From Sphagnum compactum (taxonomy: Eukaryota): a DNA stretch of 64,000 nucleotides. How positions within the stretch are numbered: the first letter of the stretch is position 1; every line of letters begins with the position of its first letter. The stretch spans positions 8,918,213-8,982,212 of the forward strand of contig OZ234493.1 in the NCBI GenBank assembly GCA_965153455.1, given 5' to 3'. Under the pieces are notes generated by a model. It ran no database searches and was not told the DNA's origin. It saw only the letters and a list, made by a program, of their open reading frames with translations. A program made the translations under genes and the position numbers. Positions 24,477-39,200 of this stretch are shown piece by piece.

Positions 24477-27439
24477 TTTGCATGCAAGTTTTTGCATGTT
24501 ATTAGTCATTCCTATTATAGGATTTAATTGCATTAAAGGACATCATCACTATCACACTAGTTTGACACCCTTTTTTTTCTTAACAGTGTTACATTTTGCA
24601 TTCAAAGACAATAAAGTCACAAGTTATTATGAAACTAGTAAGTAATATAGTCTATCTATAACATTGGGGGAACACACCTAAATTTAATTTACACATCAAT
24701 CTTTAACCATTTCCTTTATGACAAATCAATTGAACTATTGGTTAAATTGCCTACTCTAGATACATCATAATTACCAACCCATCAATTGAAATGATACCAA
24801 CAAGATGGTTCACATTTCTATGTTGTACCCAAGTAATGTACTCTAGGAGATTATGTGACGAACATCCATTGGACCATATTACAACCTCGTGGTTAGTGGA
24901 ATATAATTTGCAAGAGCATGGTTCAATTTTGAGAAAAATTATCATCAATTAGGGCATGCTATTCAACAATCCATGCTTATCTAGGTTGGATTATATAAGC
25001 AATGTAGATCCCCTATCAATTTTTGCCTTAACATGATCTAGCAATATTCTTACATTGGATGGAGATTTAAATTTTAGAAAATGAAAGACAAGCAGCAATT
25101 TTCATTAATGAATGGTGCACAAATGGTTTCTAAAACCCTGAAGATAATTTCCAAGCTTCAAGGTAGGTTATTTTAAAACTATAGCAATATAGATGTATTT
25201 TAAAGATAACACAACATATTAGATGAAATGAGACCTACTAAAATGGATACACATATTATTTCTATGCAAAGAAGTTTGGGTAATGCGGAATAAACATGAT
25301 ATAAGCATGTTCATAAATTCAAATCAATAAGTTTTGAAAGAAATGTGATTATTTTGTTTGTGTTGTAAACCAAAAATAAGTTAAGATGGTCCCAATGGTA
25401 TTTGATCCCAACTGGTTCTGTTGAAAGGAAACAATTCCTCTCCTCCTACACAAGACTTTTTAATCTATATTAATCATAGAAATATAAACACATACATCAT
25501 ATGATAAGTGCCAAAACTCCAAGTAACATCCTTTGATTTATTATAAGGTTCAATTCATTATTACAAACTTAGAAATATCATTCAATTTATTGAACTTGGG
25601 TGAACATTCTCTATGATGTTGTGGAACTTGCCAAGGTTGGGCAAGTTCACATGGCCACATTATGACAACTTGAAAGCTTCCATTGTTGAAAAGGCGTTGT
25701 ATGCTCTTTTAGCAATGCCCAAGTTCACATTTTGTTGTCCACATGGTGTTGCTAAATTATGTATTTACCATCATGCTAAAATAGAAAACCCCCCCCCCTA
25801 AATTTAAACCAATATTAGATCATTTAATCAATACATAGAAAGAGTTGCATTAAAAAATTTAGTATTTAATATTGTGCTCTATTTATCCATATCAATCTTT
25901 AGTTCACAATGCAACCTTTGGAATTGTCATTTGAATGATATTGTTTGCTCCTTTACAATGTTGTTCATTTGTGGGCTTTGGGTTGAAGTCAACAATCTTT
26001 TAATCAACATGATTTTGAGATTAATCTTGATCAAAGTCAATTTAACACATTGTGCACTATAACTTTAGAAGTTTTGAGCTTGCCATTTCAAGCTTCTTTT
26101 GAAGCATCTGACCATTTATTGAAGGATTCATCAATATCTAACAAATGTTGAATATATTTTTGACAATATATGTAAATTTGTTCTTTCAAAATTGATTTAT
26201 GAATGTCCAATGATTGTCAAAGAATTAACATCATGGTAGATTTTTCTTATGGTAACATTTTTACAAGTCTCTTTTTGCAACTTCCATGTCAAGCATGCTT
26301 TTGTTTTGAACTCAAAAGATAATTTCTTCTTCACCTTCATTTATAGTTGATGTTTGTCTTAGCCTAACTTTTGCAATGCTTGTTCAAGGCTAGGGCTACA
26401 AAATTTGTTCATTGCATTAAAAAAAGAGGTCAATATTCTCATGAATTTAAATAGTTTGTACATTATATTTTTTACATTTGTTTTTAGGTTTGGATTTCTT
26501 GATTCAAATTTGATACATTTGCAAGTCATTCATCTTTTAAGGTTTGATTCTTTCCTCATCATTGCCATTTTTTTTCAATTCTGTTCTTGGATTTCACTTT
26601 TTACTAACTCAAAAAGATTTTCAGGATTTGAACAACATGCTTATAATTTATTTATAAGTTCTTCAATTCCAACTTCACTAAAAGACTTGAATGTTTTATT
26701 TGATGAAGTTTTATGACCCATTTTGAATCCTTGCAAAATGATGTCTTAAATCCTCACTCAAAGTAGTTTATTTGACACAAATACTTTCATGTATCTCATA
26801 CTTTGATCTCATCAACTAACCCCAATTCACAAAATCATGTTAATGAATTCAAAGGTTGAATGACTATAATATGTGAAGAGGGTCATGGTTCCTCACACTA
26901 ATCATCATTAACTTTCAAACCCATTGGTCCACATACTTGAACACTTGCACAATACCACAAGTTCACTTTCCTTATTGATTTTAAAGTCAAAATTGCACCT
27001 AATTGTGGAAGAGAAGTTTGATTTTGATTTAAGTATGCACAAGGTAGTTCAATTATGTCCCAAGACACTTCTACAACCCTTTTGAGATCATGTTCATAAA
27101 ACTTAAATGACATTGGTGTATGAATAAGAAAAAGTTCTAACAAGTTTAGATTACAAATGTCAATATTTTTTTTAATCATTTGGTTTCAAGTAAAACAAAG
27201 ACATCTATGTGTAGATGCAACAAATCAAATTACATGAGGACCTTTCAAACTTTATATCATTACTCTACTCATCACTTCTCAACATCAGTCGTCAAATTGA
27301 TCCTTGAACCCTTTTTGCGCTTTTCAATGGAGTTGTGATTGGCCACCTATGAAAGACAATTCTAATCCCTATGGAGATGCACCACTACCAAATTTTTCTC
27401 ATTTTTGTGATTAAAAAATAGTTACTTGGTAACCAAGTT

Positions 27440-28450
27440 TTGGTAACCACATAAATAACCATTATTTTTCCTTATACTATATTTCCTTGAGCCAAAGCTT
27501 ATCTTGTGGTTTATGTGGTTTCAAATAGTGCAATGGTAAAATGTTTTGGCTTTTAATCAACTCCCAAAATGTTAATGACCAAAGCAAACACATCATGGGC
27601 TCCTTTTGAAATCCAAATATCAAAGTTGTTAATTATAGAATCACAATTTACAAAGGTTTGTAAATATATCATTAGTTAGTTTTCTCCACCAAACATGGAT
27701 GTAATCTTTCTGATGAAAATTACCTTTTAAAAGGGAAATTAATTCTTGGACATAAATGCAAAGCCAAACATTTAGACTAGACATTTTCCATAAACTAAAT
27801 TAAAAATTTGGTTTTCATAATCAAAAGACAAAGGTTTATAAGAATTTATTTCTATTGCACATCATCATTTTTGAATTTCTTTTTTAGAATCATAAAACAA
27901 GGATCCCCCAACACAATTTTCCTTTATTTTGCTAGTTATTTTTCCACATTCTTTTTCATTGAATTATTTATTTCTTCCTCAAACCTTTTTGCAACAATAA
28001 CATGATTTACATTCACATGTTTTTTCAACGATATTATTCTATTTGTTTTATGATATGAAATTAAACCTTTTATTGTTTGTGTTTTAAAATTTGATGTTTT
28101 GGTGCATTGATTGCATCATGATAACACAAGATGCAATACACAATTTGCGAACATTCAACATTAACATCCTAATTATCATTTACACAAAAAAAATACCAAC
28201 ATAAAAAAGTTCTACTATGAGGTTTCCATAATTTGTTTTAAGATGCAACTAAACCCAATTAAAAGAAGATCCATGTTTTCTTCTTCACTTTTAGAATTTT
28301 TACTATTTTCAATTTGTAAATTAAGATTATCTTTTAATTTTTCTTCCACTTCTTGTTCTTCCATAATTATATCAATCATGAACACTTCACATGTTTCATT
28401 CCCATTGACCTTATTATCATTAGAAGAAATCTTGTCCATTCCAACCATGT
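27440..28450 (-). mobile_element. Degenerate hAT-family transposase fragment (BED finger and first catalytic region)
   Basis: Minus-strand translation with stops and frameshifts: CWYFFCVNDN*..SQIVYCILC..KGLISYHKTNRIISLKKHV (BED-like), then FDIWISKGAHDVFALVINILGVD*KPKHFTIALFET (DxW-type hAT catalytic segment). Confidence 0.75.
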
Positions 28451-30415
28451 GTTTGCACTAGGGTGCAATTATTGTTGAAATGAACTCATTTTGTGATTAT
28501 GTATGTAATAATCCTATGTCTCACTAAATCATAACTGTTAATAATCACATATGTGACTATGAAACAAATGGATTTAGATTGTAGTCATAGAGGCAAATTT
28601 AATTTATGACTACCTTGTGTTTGGATAAATAATTAATGAAATTCAACATACTCTACCAAGTCATGTTTTGCAACTGTTTTAACATATTTGATCAACTATA
28701 CATGGATAATTAGACCACATGTTGCATCAAGTTTGTGATTGCAATTGATTATCAAAGTTTAAAAAATAATATTAATGCTAGCATTGGTGGTAATTTACTT
28801 TTACCTTACCACCTAAATTGCATATTGGAAACTATCATAGCCTACCTATTAAACAAAAATAGTTAACTTAGCTTACATTTATGTATTGATAATGATTTAG
28901 CTTATCTGAGCCTTTTTAAGCCTACTAGATATGTTATGATATATAGGTTATCATAAAATAATAATTACGTTAGGATTTAAAATTAGGCAAGGATAAACTA
29001 TTATTAGTTATAATAAAAAGTTAATAGGCCATGCTAGTTTCTATAAATTAGTTGTCATTACATAAATAGGTAATAAGTTACATTAATTATTAGTTAGGTT
29101 TGGTAGACTAGGCATACAAATATGGCATTGTACATAATATAAATTACATTTATGTAAATTATATATATATATCATAATTTAAAAAAAATATATGTATTAA
29201 AAAAATCCACAAAATTATGAATTATATAAATTTATTTGATATGTTCTACTTTAAAATCTAATATTTCTAAATGATTATACACCATAAAAAATAAAATTAA
29301 TTAAAAATATTTACTAATGGATCATAAATCAATTATATCTATATATTAAATGTTTTTATATTAGTCATATTAGATATGAGGTATAAATTTAATTTAAGTA
29401 ATTTAATCTAATTCGAATAATAATTAATCAATATTAAAATGTGAACTAATTATCTGAAATTATAAATTTTATTCATTTTTTACACATGTAATATATATAT
29501 ATATACATATATAATATAAAATTTTATTTAAATTTATGAGTCAAGTTTAAAGTATAAATAAATTATATATTCCACATATCTTACATTTCTTTTTTAATTT
29601 AAAGTTAAAATATAAAAAAAAATTTATAATATATCATACCTTTAGCATTAAAATTTATTTCACTGCATAATATTTAATTTAATCACTTTGAATATTTAAA
29701 ATGGACTATATATCAAATATATTTCAAAAACGTAGTAAAGATTTTTATATTACCTATATGTATAATAATCAAAATCAAAATTTTATGTGTATGTTGTAGT
29801 TTATTATGTCCATTTGTAATCATATTAAATTATTAATAATCATTTTTGAATCATTGTAAAATAATTGTATGACCACATTGTTTTTGTAAGGACACATCAT
29901 TTTGTCCACGTCATTTTTTTAGTCATTTGAAACGGCTTTATCTTAAGTCACATTTTAAAATGATATTTTGAACATTCATGTTATTTTATCATCAATCATG
30001 GATGCTGTATGAATGAAAACTTGTAATGAAAAAAGAATGTCATCTTTTTATTACTACGTCATCATCTACTAGTTAAATGCACTATTGATATATGACTACA
30101 ATTTTTTTCACATAAGATTTGAAGTTATATCCTATGATTATAGTTAATTATGTAATTGTTTATAACATTTGGTCATTGATTTTTTGATTCTAAAAGACAA
30201 AATTCCTTCAAATGGTAAAAGAGTTGGCCCCCATCCTTGAGATCAAAATATCAACCATCACAAATGACATGGTGCAAGTCAACCATGATTTGTTGACCAA
30301 ATATTGGTTAGGCCATTTAATCTACATTTCATAGGTGTTTGCTTACCTAATTACTTAAACTAGGTTTTTAGCTTAGCCTAGGTGTGTCAACAATTCATAG
30401 GATGAAAAGAATGAA

Positions 30416-30455
<40 letters not shown>

Positions 30456-33400
30456 ATATCAATATTTTTATTTAAGTAATCATATAAATGATATATGTAA
30501 TTTAAAATTGGATGTTTTTCATGACTATATAATTGGGTTTAGGGTTAATTTATAATTATTTTTTAGTGTTGCAATTAAAAAAGATTAATCCATTTGTAGC
30601 TTTTAGAGAAATATTACTAGGAAATGGAGAAAAAATAAAATTGTTTTAATGAAAATTATGGAAAATCCTAGAATATTGAAATTTAAAATGATAAGAAATT
30701 GCAAAGGTTGAGAAACAATTTTAAAAAAAGGTTAGGGTTAAGGTTTAAGGTTTTTTTTAAAAAATTAAAAATTTCATTCACTTTTCTTTTGTTTCATGAT
30801 GATTAAAAAATTGTGAAGTGTGGGTGCAACCATACTAATAAGAGCCACAACAAGTGTAATGCATGTTTAATTTTTCATGTTTAGAAATGGTAATTTAATT
30901 TGGTGTTGAAAGGATAAGATTTTATATAATAAGGTTCATAATATATGATTGGAATATATGAATAAATTTGAAAAATATCCGATGAATGAAAAGCTCTCAA
31001 AAACATTTATTAAACATTGTAATGCATGTTTTTAAACACAAAAATGATTTATAAATAGCATCCAAAACTTTTGAAAAATACATATAATTTGAAATCTTTT
31101 ACATTAACCTTGACATAATAATATAATTTTTTTTAAAAAAATTTTTGAATTTTTTTTGAAGACTTTTAAAAAATATTTAAAAAACTATTCCTCCAAAAGT
31201 AGTCCCAAAAGCATGTGGGTGCGGTTCATGTTATCCTGTTTGCACCCATGTATAATGTAATTGAAGTTTAATGTTTGATGTTTTACATTGAGGTTTTGTA
31301 TGCTTTAAAATCTTAAGTACAAAAATTATGCACACGAACAAACAAAAGCAAATTTATTAATCTAACATAAAAACACATACATACAAAGCAAATAAACATT
31401 CAAAACACATGAAAAAATAATTATTTGTTATAAAATCAGAGCTTCAATGTTCATTCCTAGCTCCAAGATCCACACCTACACAAAGGCAAAGGGGATAGTA
31501 CCATGCACAACTTTGAATTAAATAGCAATCAGATTAAGTGGGAGCAATGCAACGAAATTGGTGCGGGAATGGCATGGACTTAAATGGGTTAGTGCTCAAT
31601 GTAACACATGAAGGAGACAAAAGGGTATGGGAGCAACACAACTAAAAGAGTAGGTGTCAACTATACCACGATACAATTTACAACACAAATAGGTGGCAAC
31701 AACACCCACAAAATAGATGACAATGTAAGCAAAATGTAACAAAATGACAAAACAAACAAAAGAAACATGATGATTCGATAACAACAACATGACCGAAATA
31801 GGTGGAAGAAATGTGATGAATAGACATTAGTAATGCAATAGTTTGAAATGGTGAAAAATAGTGAAGGAGAAGAAAAAGGAAAAAAAGGAAAGAGAGCCAA
31901 TAAAATAAAATAAAATTAAATTAAAGAAGTTACGAAACTTTGAGGACTAGCAAAACAAGCACAATGAAAAAAAAAAAACATTTCACAAGCATTTACAAAA
32001 CACAAAACTTTCAAAATCAAATGCGTAATATAATTGTTTTTTTATGTTGGGCATTTTTAAATTTGAAAAAGCAGGAAACACAAAACAACAACATTTAAAT
32101 AAAAAAAAACCATTAGGTTTTAAAAGTGACACCACAAAAAAAAAAGACCCTATAGCTTTGTATCCTTTTAAAAATTAGACATCCTTGCTACTAACTATAT
32201 AAACCCCTTAGACTTAGCTTATAACCAAGCCTGATACCTTGACCTTTCTTTCACCTTTTTACCCCACATAAAATATTAACATTGTGAAGAGAATGGAAAA
32301 AATTTAGATTTCAAGGTGGGTCATCACAAAATTATATCCAAGGATATAGATATTAATTGAGATATCATTATATATGATATTTAGAGATGTGTTCAAAGTC
32401 TAATATGTTCCTTTCAATATTTGCTCAACACTTTTAAACTCTTCCAAAATTTCTTGTATCCTCTTTGTATTCTAAACCTGTTCAAAAGCATTTTTGGGAA
32501 AACGTGTGAAAAAAGGGAATAATGCATGTAAAATTCGCATTAATATGAAATGGCATCCCAAGAAATGACTAGGACTTTTATAATTTGCAAGGATTCATCC
32601 TTTATTTGTCATTAACTAGAACAACAACAAAAAAAAAGTCCCCTCTTGAAACAATGATAGGTGCTAGGGTTCCAACTTGCAACCCTAAAATCACACCATA
32701 TTCTCCTCTCCATTATTTAATGTTTGATACAATCCATCAAGTTTTTCAAGATGACGATGTCAAACTCTCGAATCTCAAGGTAGAAAACATTTTGTGGTAA
32801 ACGGCACAATTTTCATAAAGGGGCAATTTGGCACAATTTGGGGAGCCCAACGACAAAATTTGGGGATCATGTTCCTTTTCCTCTTGTCATGGGATCCCAA
32901 TCTTCATATCAGATTGTGTGCCATGTGAAGCCATTAAGATCTGACCTTCTAATAAATTGTTGTTATTAACATACTTGTTGTCAATCTTTTGGCGATGTCA
33001 GGCTTTAGCAATAGAAGGTCTATACTTGGTAAATCTCCGCAAAAATTCCTTCTCTGCCAAATCTAGCACTATAAAGAAAAGTGGGTATCAATTCAGATGT
33101 TGCTGGATTCTTCTCTTCAAAGTGGAGCCTTAACATAAGGGACTTTGCGATTGTTATCTATCTAACATGCCTTCCTTCCTTCCTTCCTTGCTTGCTTTGC
33201 TTTGCTTTGCTTGCTTGTGGACCCACCAATGACACTCAAGATTGTTTGTTAGTACTTGCTGTTGGAAGCATTTATCACAAGGGCGTTTGTGTGTGGCCTT
33301 TTTCTCTTTCTTCTAATGAGGTTTGTTTTTTCTTCTTTTCTCTTGCTTAGTTGTTCCATCTTTGCAGTTGCAAAGTTTCAAAAGGCATTTTCATTTACAC

Positions 33401-33999
33401 TGCAAATTCCCCCTCCCTCCAATTATAGTTGCAGCAATATGATTCTCACTTATTCTTCACTGTTTTTGTCCTATGGGCAAAAAGTCCATCCATGATCCCT
33501 AAAACGTTATGGGTACTCTGTCTGCATCACAAGGGCGCCAATGAGTACATTCTCACTTCCCATTTAATTTTCAATTGTACAATCCCAACTACTTTCCCTC
33601 TTTCTTTATTTCTTTCTTTCTTTGTTTCTTTTGTGGCCGATTAAAGTGACCTAGTCTTTAAGTGGGAGTTTTTTTTGGGAGTGGGGATGATGGGTGTTGT
33701 GGTAGTGCAAAGGATCTGAAATGGGTTTGTGATTTGTTACTATAAATCATATTTAGTTGTGGGGTTATCTATCTCTTTGTCTTTTGTTGTTACTTTGCTT
33801 TAGTAGATTCGTTCTTGTGTTGTTGTTGTTGTTGCAGCAGATTGTTGTTGTTTTCTTAGAGCAAAAATGGTTTAGTGTGTGGGTTGTGTGAGGAGGGTAG
33901 GGGAGAAGGGGGGGTGGGGGGGGGGGGGGTGCGGGGGGGAAAATTTGCTACTGCCTAAAGAGAGGGGGAGCCTTGGGGGTGGGGACGGGTGTTTCTAGT

Positions 34000-36219
34000 A
34001 TGGAAGAATTTGAGCATGGAAGATGGGGAAATGAAGATGATGATGTGGAAGAAGTGCCAGGACCTTTGGCAATGGTTGTTTTCCATGAAGGTGTTGTAGA
34101 TGTTGATAAGGAGGTCACAGCTGCTCCAGAGGTAAGTACATAGTTCCATCAAATTTGTGTTTGATTGTTTTTGGGGGGTGGGAGGGGTTTAGGGGGATGG
34201 GAAAGCAGGAAGAGGAGGAAATGCTGTGAGGAGAGCTGTTGGTGTTTTGTTTACCTGGTTTTGCTTAAGGGGTTTTTCAGTCAGGGTTAAATTGGGGCTC
34301 TCAATCTTTTTAAGTGTTGTTGGGGGGGGGGGGGAGGGGGGAGGCAGAGAATGCGCGATACGAGTCCAAAACAGAATGGCAAATGGACGTCTGAGCCTAT
34401 TTGGTCAGGACGGAGTCAGAGAAAGCGCAAGCCCATAGCAGTTCGAGATCAGCCCCCCCAAGGGCGTAGACCGGGATTTGGGCGCAAATCCAACCGTCAA
34501 CCGAAGCTTGATGGCAACGAAAAAGTCAAGAAACAAAGGGGACGTGAGGGAGCAGCCACATCTAAGCTAAAGTCTGAACAAGTAGCAGGGCCGTCTTCAT
34601 CAATGGCATTCGTTCATCAGATTGATGAAGACCCTGTTGTTGAAGGGGCGGAAGACGGGGAGGATCGGAAGCGCATTAAAGAAATCTTGCGGAAATATCA
34701 TTCAATCCGACGCAGTTTACAGCAACAGGCGGAGGCTACAAAACCAGGGTGCCCTAAGCTGCGTCGTTCAGATTTAAAAGCAGGGAAGATTATGAGGGAT
34801 AATATGGAGCACTTTGATTTCAACGAGATTGGTGACGTCCCGGGTGTAAATGTTGGGGACTGCTTCTTTTACCGCTTTGAGTTGCTCTTGGTTGGATTAC
34901 ATAGGGAGGTGCAGGCAGGAATTGCCTGCTATCGCCCTAAGAATGGTGACTCTGTGGCTTCTAGTGTCATTGCCTCTGGAGGTTACGAGGATGATCAGGA
35001 TAATGGAGAGTTCTTGGTCTATACAGGGCAGGGTGGGAACAATTACTATGGTGATAGGCGCCAGGCAAAAGACCAGACAGCAACCAGAGGAAATTTGGGA
35101 TTGCAGAACAGCTGCAAGCAGAAGACTCCTGTCCGTGTTATTCGGGGACACTCAAATGTCCCAAGCAGTCCTTCTGGCAAAGTCTACTCTTATGATGGTT
35201 TGTATGAAGTTGAGAAGTTCACAAAGGAACAGGGAAACTCTGGTTTCATGGTATTTAAGTTCTTCATGCGCCGTCTTCCCGGTCAGCCAGAACTAGGGTC
35301 CAATGTTGTAAAGTTCATGGGGAGATTGGCCAAGGTGCCCTCGCAGCGCACTGGGCTGGTCATGCTGGACATCTCTTTGCAGCAGGAGCCAGTCCCGGTA
35401 TGTGTTGTCAATACTGTAGATGCAGATCAACAGCATCCAGAGCCTTTCCAGTATACGACAAAGGTTTGCTATGGAGAAGCATTGATCAAGCCTTCTGCTC
35501 CAAAGCCTTGTAGCTGCACAAAATGCCATGATGTTTTTGGTGGTTGCCATTGTGTGGCAAAAAACTTGGGGGGTAAGCTTGCATATAATCATGATGGAAA
35601 CTTGGTACGAGCTCTTCCAATTGTGTATGAATGTGGCAACCATTGCAACTGCAGCCAAAACTGCTATAACAGAGTAACTCAGAAGGGTGTGCAGCACAGG
35701 TTGGAGATTTTCAAGACAGTCAACAAAGGGTGGGGTGTTAGGTCATGGGATTTCATTTCGGCTGGCAGTTTTGTCTGTGAGTACACAGGAGAATTGTTGG
35801 ATGCTAATGCAGCTAATGACCTGGACAATGATGAGTATCTCTTCAACCTCGACTTCAAGAAGGGGAATGAAGCACGATGGGGGCATGTATCAGATGTCCC
35901 TGATGGCATTGCCTCAGGTATCCCAGGCGCAGTGCCTGATGGAGCAGATTATGTGATTGATGCTAGCAAGCACGGAAATGTGGCACGCTTTATCAACCAC
36001 AGCTGTGATCCAAACCTCTTTGTGCAGTGTGTTTTATATGATCACCATGACCTTAGGATTCCTCACGTCATGCTCTTTGCAAGTAGCAACATCGCACCCT
36101 TCCATGAGCTCACATATGACTACGGGTACACTCTGAACAGTGTGTATGATGCAAATGGAAATGTGAAAACAAAGGCTTGCCACTGTGGTGCAGCCATTTG
36201 CAGCAGAAGGATGTATTAG
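34000..36219 (+). CDS. SUVH: SUVH-family histone H3K9 methyltransferase (SRA-YDG, pre-SET, SET, post-SET)
   Basis: 622-aa ORF with IGDVPGVNVGDCFFYRFELLLVGLH, SGGYEDD and YDGLY (SRA), a Cys-rich pre-SET, GWGVRSWD, NVARFINHSCDPN, ELTYDYGY (SET) and CHCGAAIC (post-SET). Probable first coding exon 34000-34131 (MEEFEHGRW..AAPE, GTAAGT donor) spliced in phase 0 to 34348. All domains lie on one exon, as in non-KYP SUVHs. Confidence 0.95.
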
Positions 36220-39200
36220 CTAATGATCGAAATTTTGAGGTATCATGTGTGCTAGGAGGACAACTCTTCATGCTAAAACTTGAGCACCAGACCAGAGAGG
36301 TGGCAAGAGGCAAGTACCAACAACCTTATGCTGAGGTTATATTTCTTTGTTTGGAGTTCATCATATGTTAGAATGCTCTCGTTGCAGATTCTAGATTACT
36401 TCAAATTGGAGTAATTTAAATGGAGGATAGTGAGTTTGCATTCTTTTCAGTTGTCCAATTCAAATCCCCTCAAATAGCTGTATAGAGCTTGTGCTTATTT
36501 GGAGATGAAGCCATTCTGGTTTTCTCTTTGATTGAGGCAAGCTGCATACACTGGAAGGTGATTTGGGTGATGTCTTTGTAGACTAGTCTGACAAACCCAC
36601 CTTTTGAATCCTCTACCTTGTCTTCAACAACTTTGTAGCTGAAATTAAGTTGTAGAGGTGTGTGAAGAGTCAAGGTTGAATTTTGATATTTTGGCAATGA
36701 TCCATCAATTTGGTCTGAACTTCTATCCCACTAGTGACAAAGTGGACAACTCATTGTCATTAGTTTTTGGACAATTTGCTTTTGCTATGAATGCTTGTGG
36801 TCATAACTTGAGTTTGAACCAGTTTTGTTTCGTTTGGTCTAGGTGTTGTGAGCATGAACAAACAATGAACATGTCCAAAATTATTGGAACATGATAGTAT
36901 TCCAAATGTAGTTCAAATGATTCTAGAATATTGAAACAATTCAAACGTTTCAAGAGTTGGCTGTTTTTCTTTTATTTTTGCTTTGATCCATTTGGTTGAT
37001 GAAGCCAATGGAGAGTATTGGTAGCTACTCAACACTATTCATCGTGAAGGTGACAATTTGAGATATAGTTGATGAAGTCAATGGGGAGTATTGATAACTA
37101 GTCACTACATTCCTTATCAGGGTGAAAAGTCTTTGAGTTATCATGACTTTCATTCATAGTTGTTTTGATGTGAGTTGATGTAATTGTTACCTTCATGAGG
37201 TTATAACATTATGACTACTTTCATGTGCCATGGTACTATTGGTTTCGCCAAAATTTATAGAATGTTTATCTTCAAAATGATATTCAAAGCTCCCTTTGAA
37301 AACTCAAGTTGAGCTCTTCAAGTTTTATGTTTAGGGAATAAAAGGTTCCCCCCTAGCTACTTGTAATGGGTGATAAAGTGGTTCATCCATCTTCATATTT
37401 TTCTAGAGTCATAGTTCCTCACAAATCAGGTTCTGTCTTTTCTCTTTTTGTTTTCCTTTTCTCCTTTTGTTTCTTTTGTTGTATGAACTTGTAATTGGGG
37501 AGCTTTTTAATTTTTTGAAAAAAAGGTATATATATTAGGTCCTCTTGGTCCTTGTTCAAATTTCTTGAGTTGTTGGTCAATCTATGTTTTTCTTCTTATT
37601 TTTTATGCGTTTTTGTTTCCCCCTTCTATGTTAGTTGTTGGTCGATATCATGGTTGAGTATTCCCATTACTTTCAAACTTAGGATGTAGGTTAATGGTCA
37701 AGTTGACCTCTACCCACTACTATGAGTTGATGAAGTCTAATGGGGAAGTGATAAATAAGTTGTTGGTAGACATGTTATTATTATTGTTGCTTGTCCTTGA
37801 ATAAGGTTAACAATTTTGTTCATGTTGTATGTTTTTCCCTTCTAGTTCATCCCATAGGCACTCAATGGAAAGCAAATTCCTCTGTGATTCATTCTTGGTT
37901 TTAGAAGTCCTTGTTTGGAAGTCTTTCTTTGACTTGAAGGAGTAGTTTTAACCTTGTTTGACTTTCTTAATTGTGAATATGGAGGATGTCTAGAAGCTAT
38001 CAAAGATGTTCAACTAAATAGATCTTTTCACCCCGCTACCTTAGTTCTTGTTGTGTTTACTTTGGTTTCGACTGACATAATGACTAGCAATATATCCAAC
38101 CACGATATGGTTATCGTTCTTGTGCAATCCTTCTCCCAATTTAAAATAATTTTGGCCATGTCATTTTTTTTAAAAGCAAACATAATGTATCCAAATAATT
38201 GTTAATAATGTGGTTGGATATATTGTTCAAGATGTAAGAGTTTTTAGTCATTGCCTTCTTTGCAGTCCTATCAAAGTTATATGAAATTACATGTTTGTAT
38301 TAATGAGGTTTGCACTTTGGAAGGTTGTTGCAAATGTAACGAAAATATTGTTAGATTTTGAAGGATTGTTAACAACAAATATTGAGTTTGATGAAGATGC
38401 ATTTGGCAAAACTTGTTGATCATGGTTATGTTGCATGATGACTAAATCCACTAAACTCAAATGAACTCCAAGTGAAATATTAAAACAATAATTTACCTTC
38501 TTGGTTAGAGTCCTAACTTATACTTGGTGGTTAAAACTAATATATAGTGCAAGTATTGGTTTGTGAACATACCAATTAATACTTATTGAATTTTTAAAAC
38601 CAACTTGATATTGACATTAGATATTTTTTTAGTTCTCATACAAGCTTAGAATTAGTATTAGATTTTTTAAAAAATTTAATATGAGGTTGTTTTCCATATT
38701 AATGTCTAAGGTTGGTTTTTTGATTGGTATTATGCCTAAAATGATTAGGGTACACATGATTTAGTTGAGTTAATTTGATTGTGAGAATAAAAAACATTTT
38801 ATATAATTTTAGTTTTTAAACAACACTTTTTATGAAAAAGATTATTAGAGTGTCAATTTTTATTTTAGGTAATACAATATGATGTGGAGCCCAAGGGGCA
38901 AGGAGATTCAAATCAAAAGGATTTGATGAAGGTATGGTGTAGACATTATTATTGTTGTGTTTCTATACGATAACATGTTGAATGAGTAATGCAATTAATA
39001 ACCATTTGGGTTTGATTGAACTTCGTTTGTAAGAAATCATGCAAATCACAAGGTTATTTATTTTATAGTTCAAAAAAATATGAAATTTTATAGTGGAAAG
39101 AAACTTCATTTAAGATGTGGTTTGTTGAATATTGCATTGAAAATAGTTGCAACCAAACTTTTTTTAAGTTTTGTCTGTCCTTAATTCCCAAGCTACTGGT

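Noticed and set aside
25590-25730. Nested inverted repeats (GAACTTGCC/GGCAAGTTC; TGAACTTGGG/CCCAAGTTCA) as a miRNA precursor
   Set aside because: Stems are only 9-10 bp and the intervening arms do not pair. More likely TE subterminal motifs.
25880-27200. Minus-strand coding-like remnants beside the hAT relic
   Set aside because: Too many stops and no recognisable domain; cannot be assigned.
34850-36371. Alternative-frame and antisense ORFs overlapping SUVH
   Set aside because: Shadow ORFs of a long GC-richer coding exon, with no independent motifs.
36975-37760. Repeated GTTGATGAAG(C/T)C(T)AATGG motif (three copies) as LTR ends
   Set aside because: Short, diverged matches without TG..CA termini, PBS/PPT or pol remnants.
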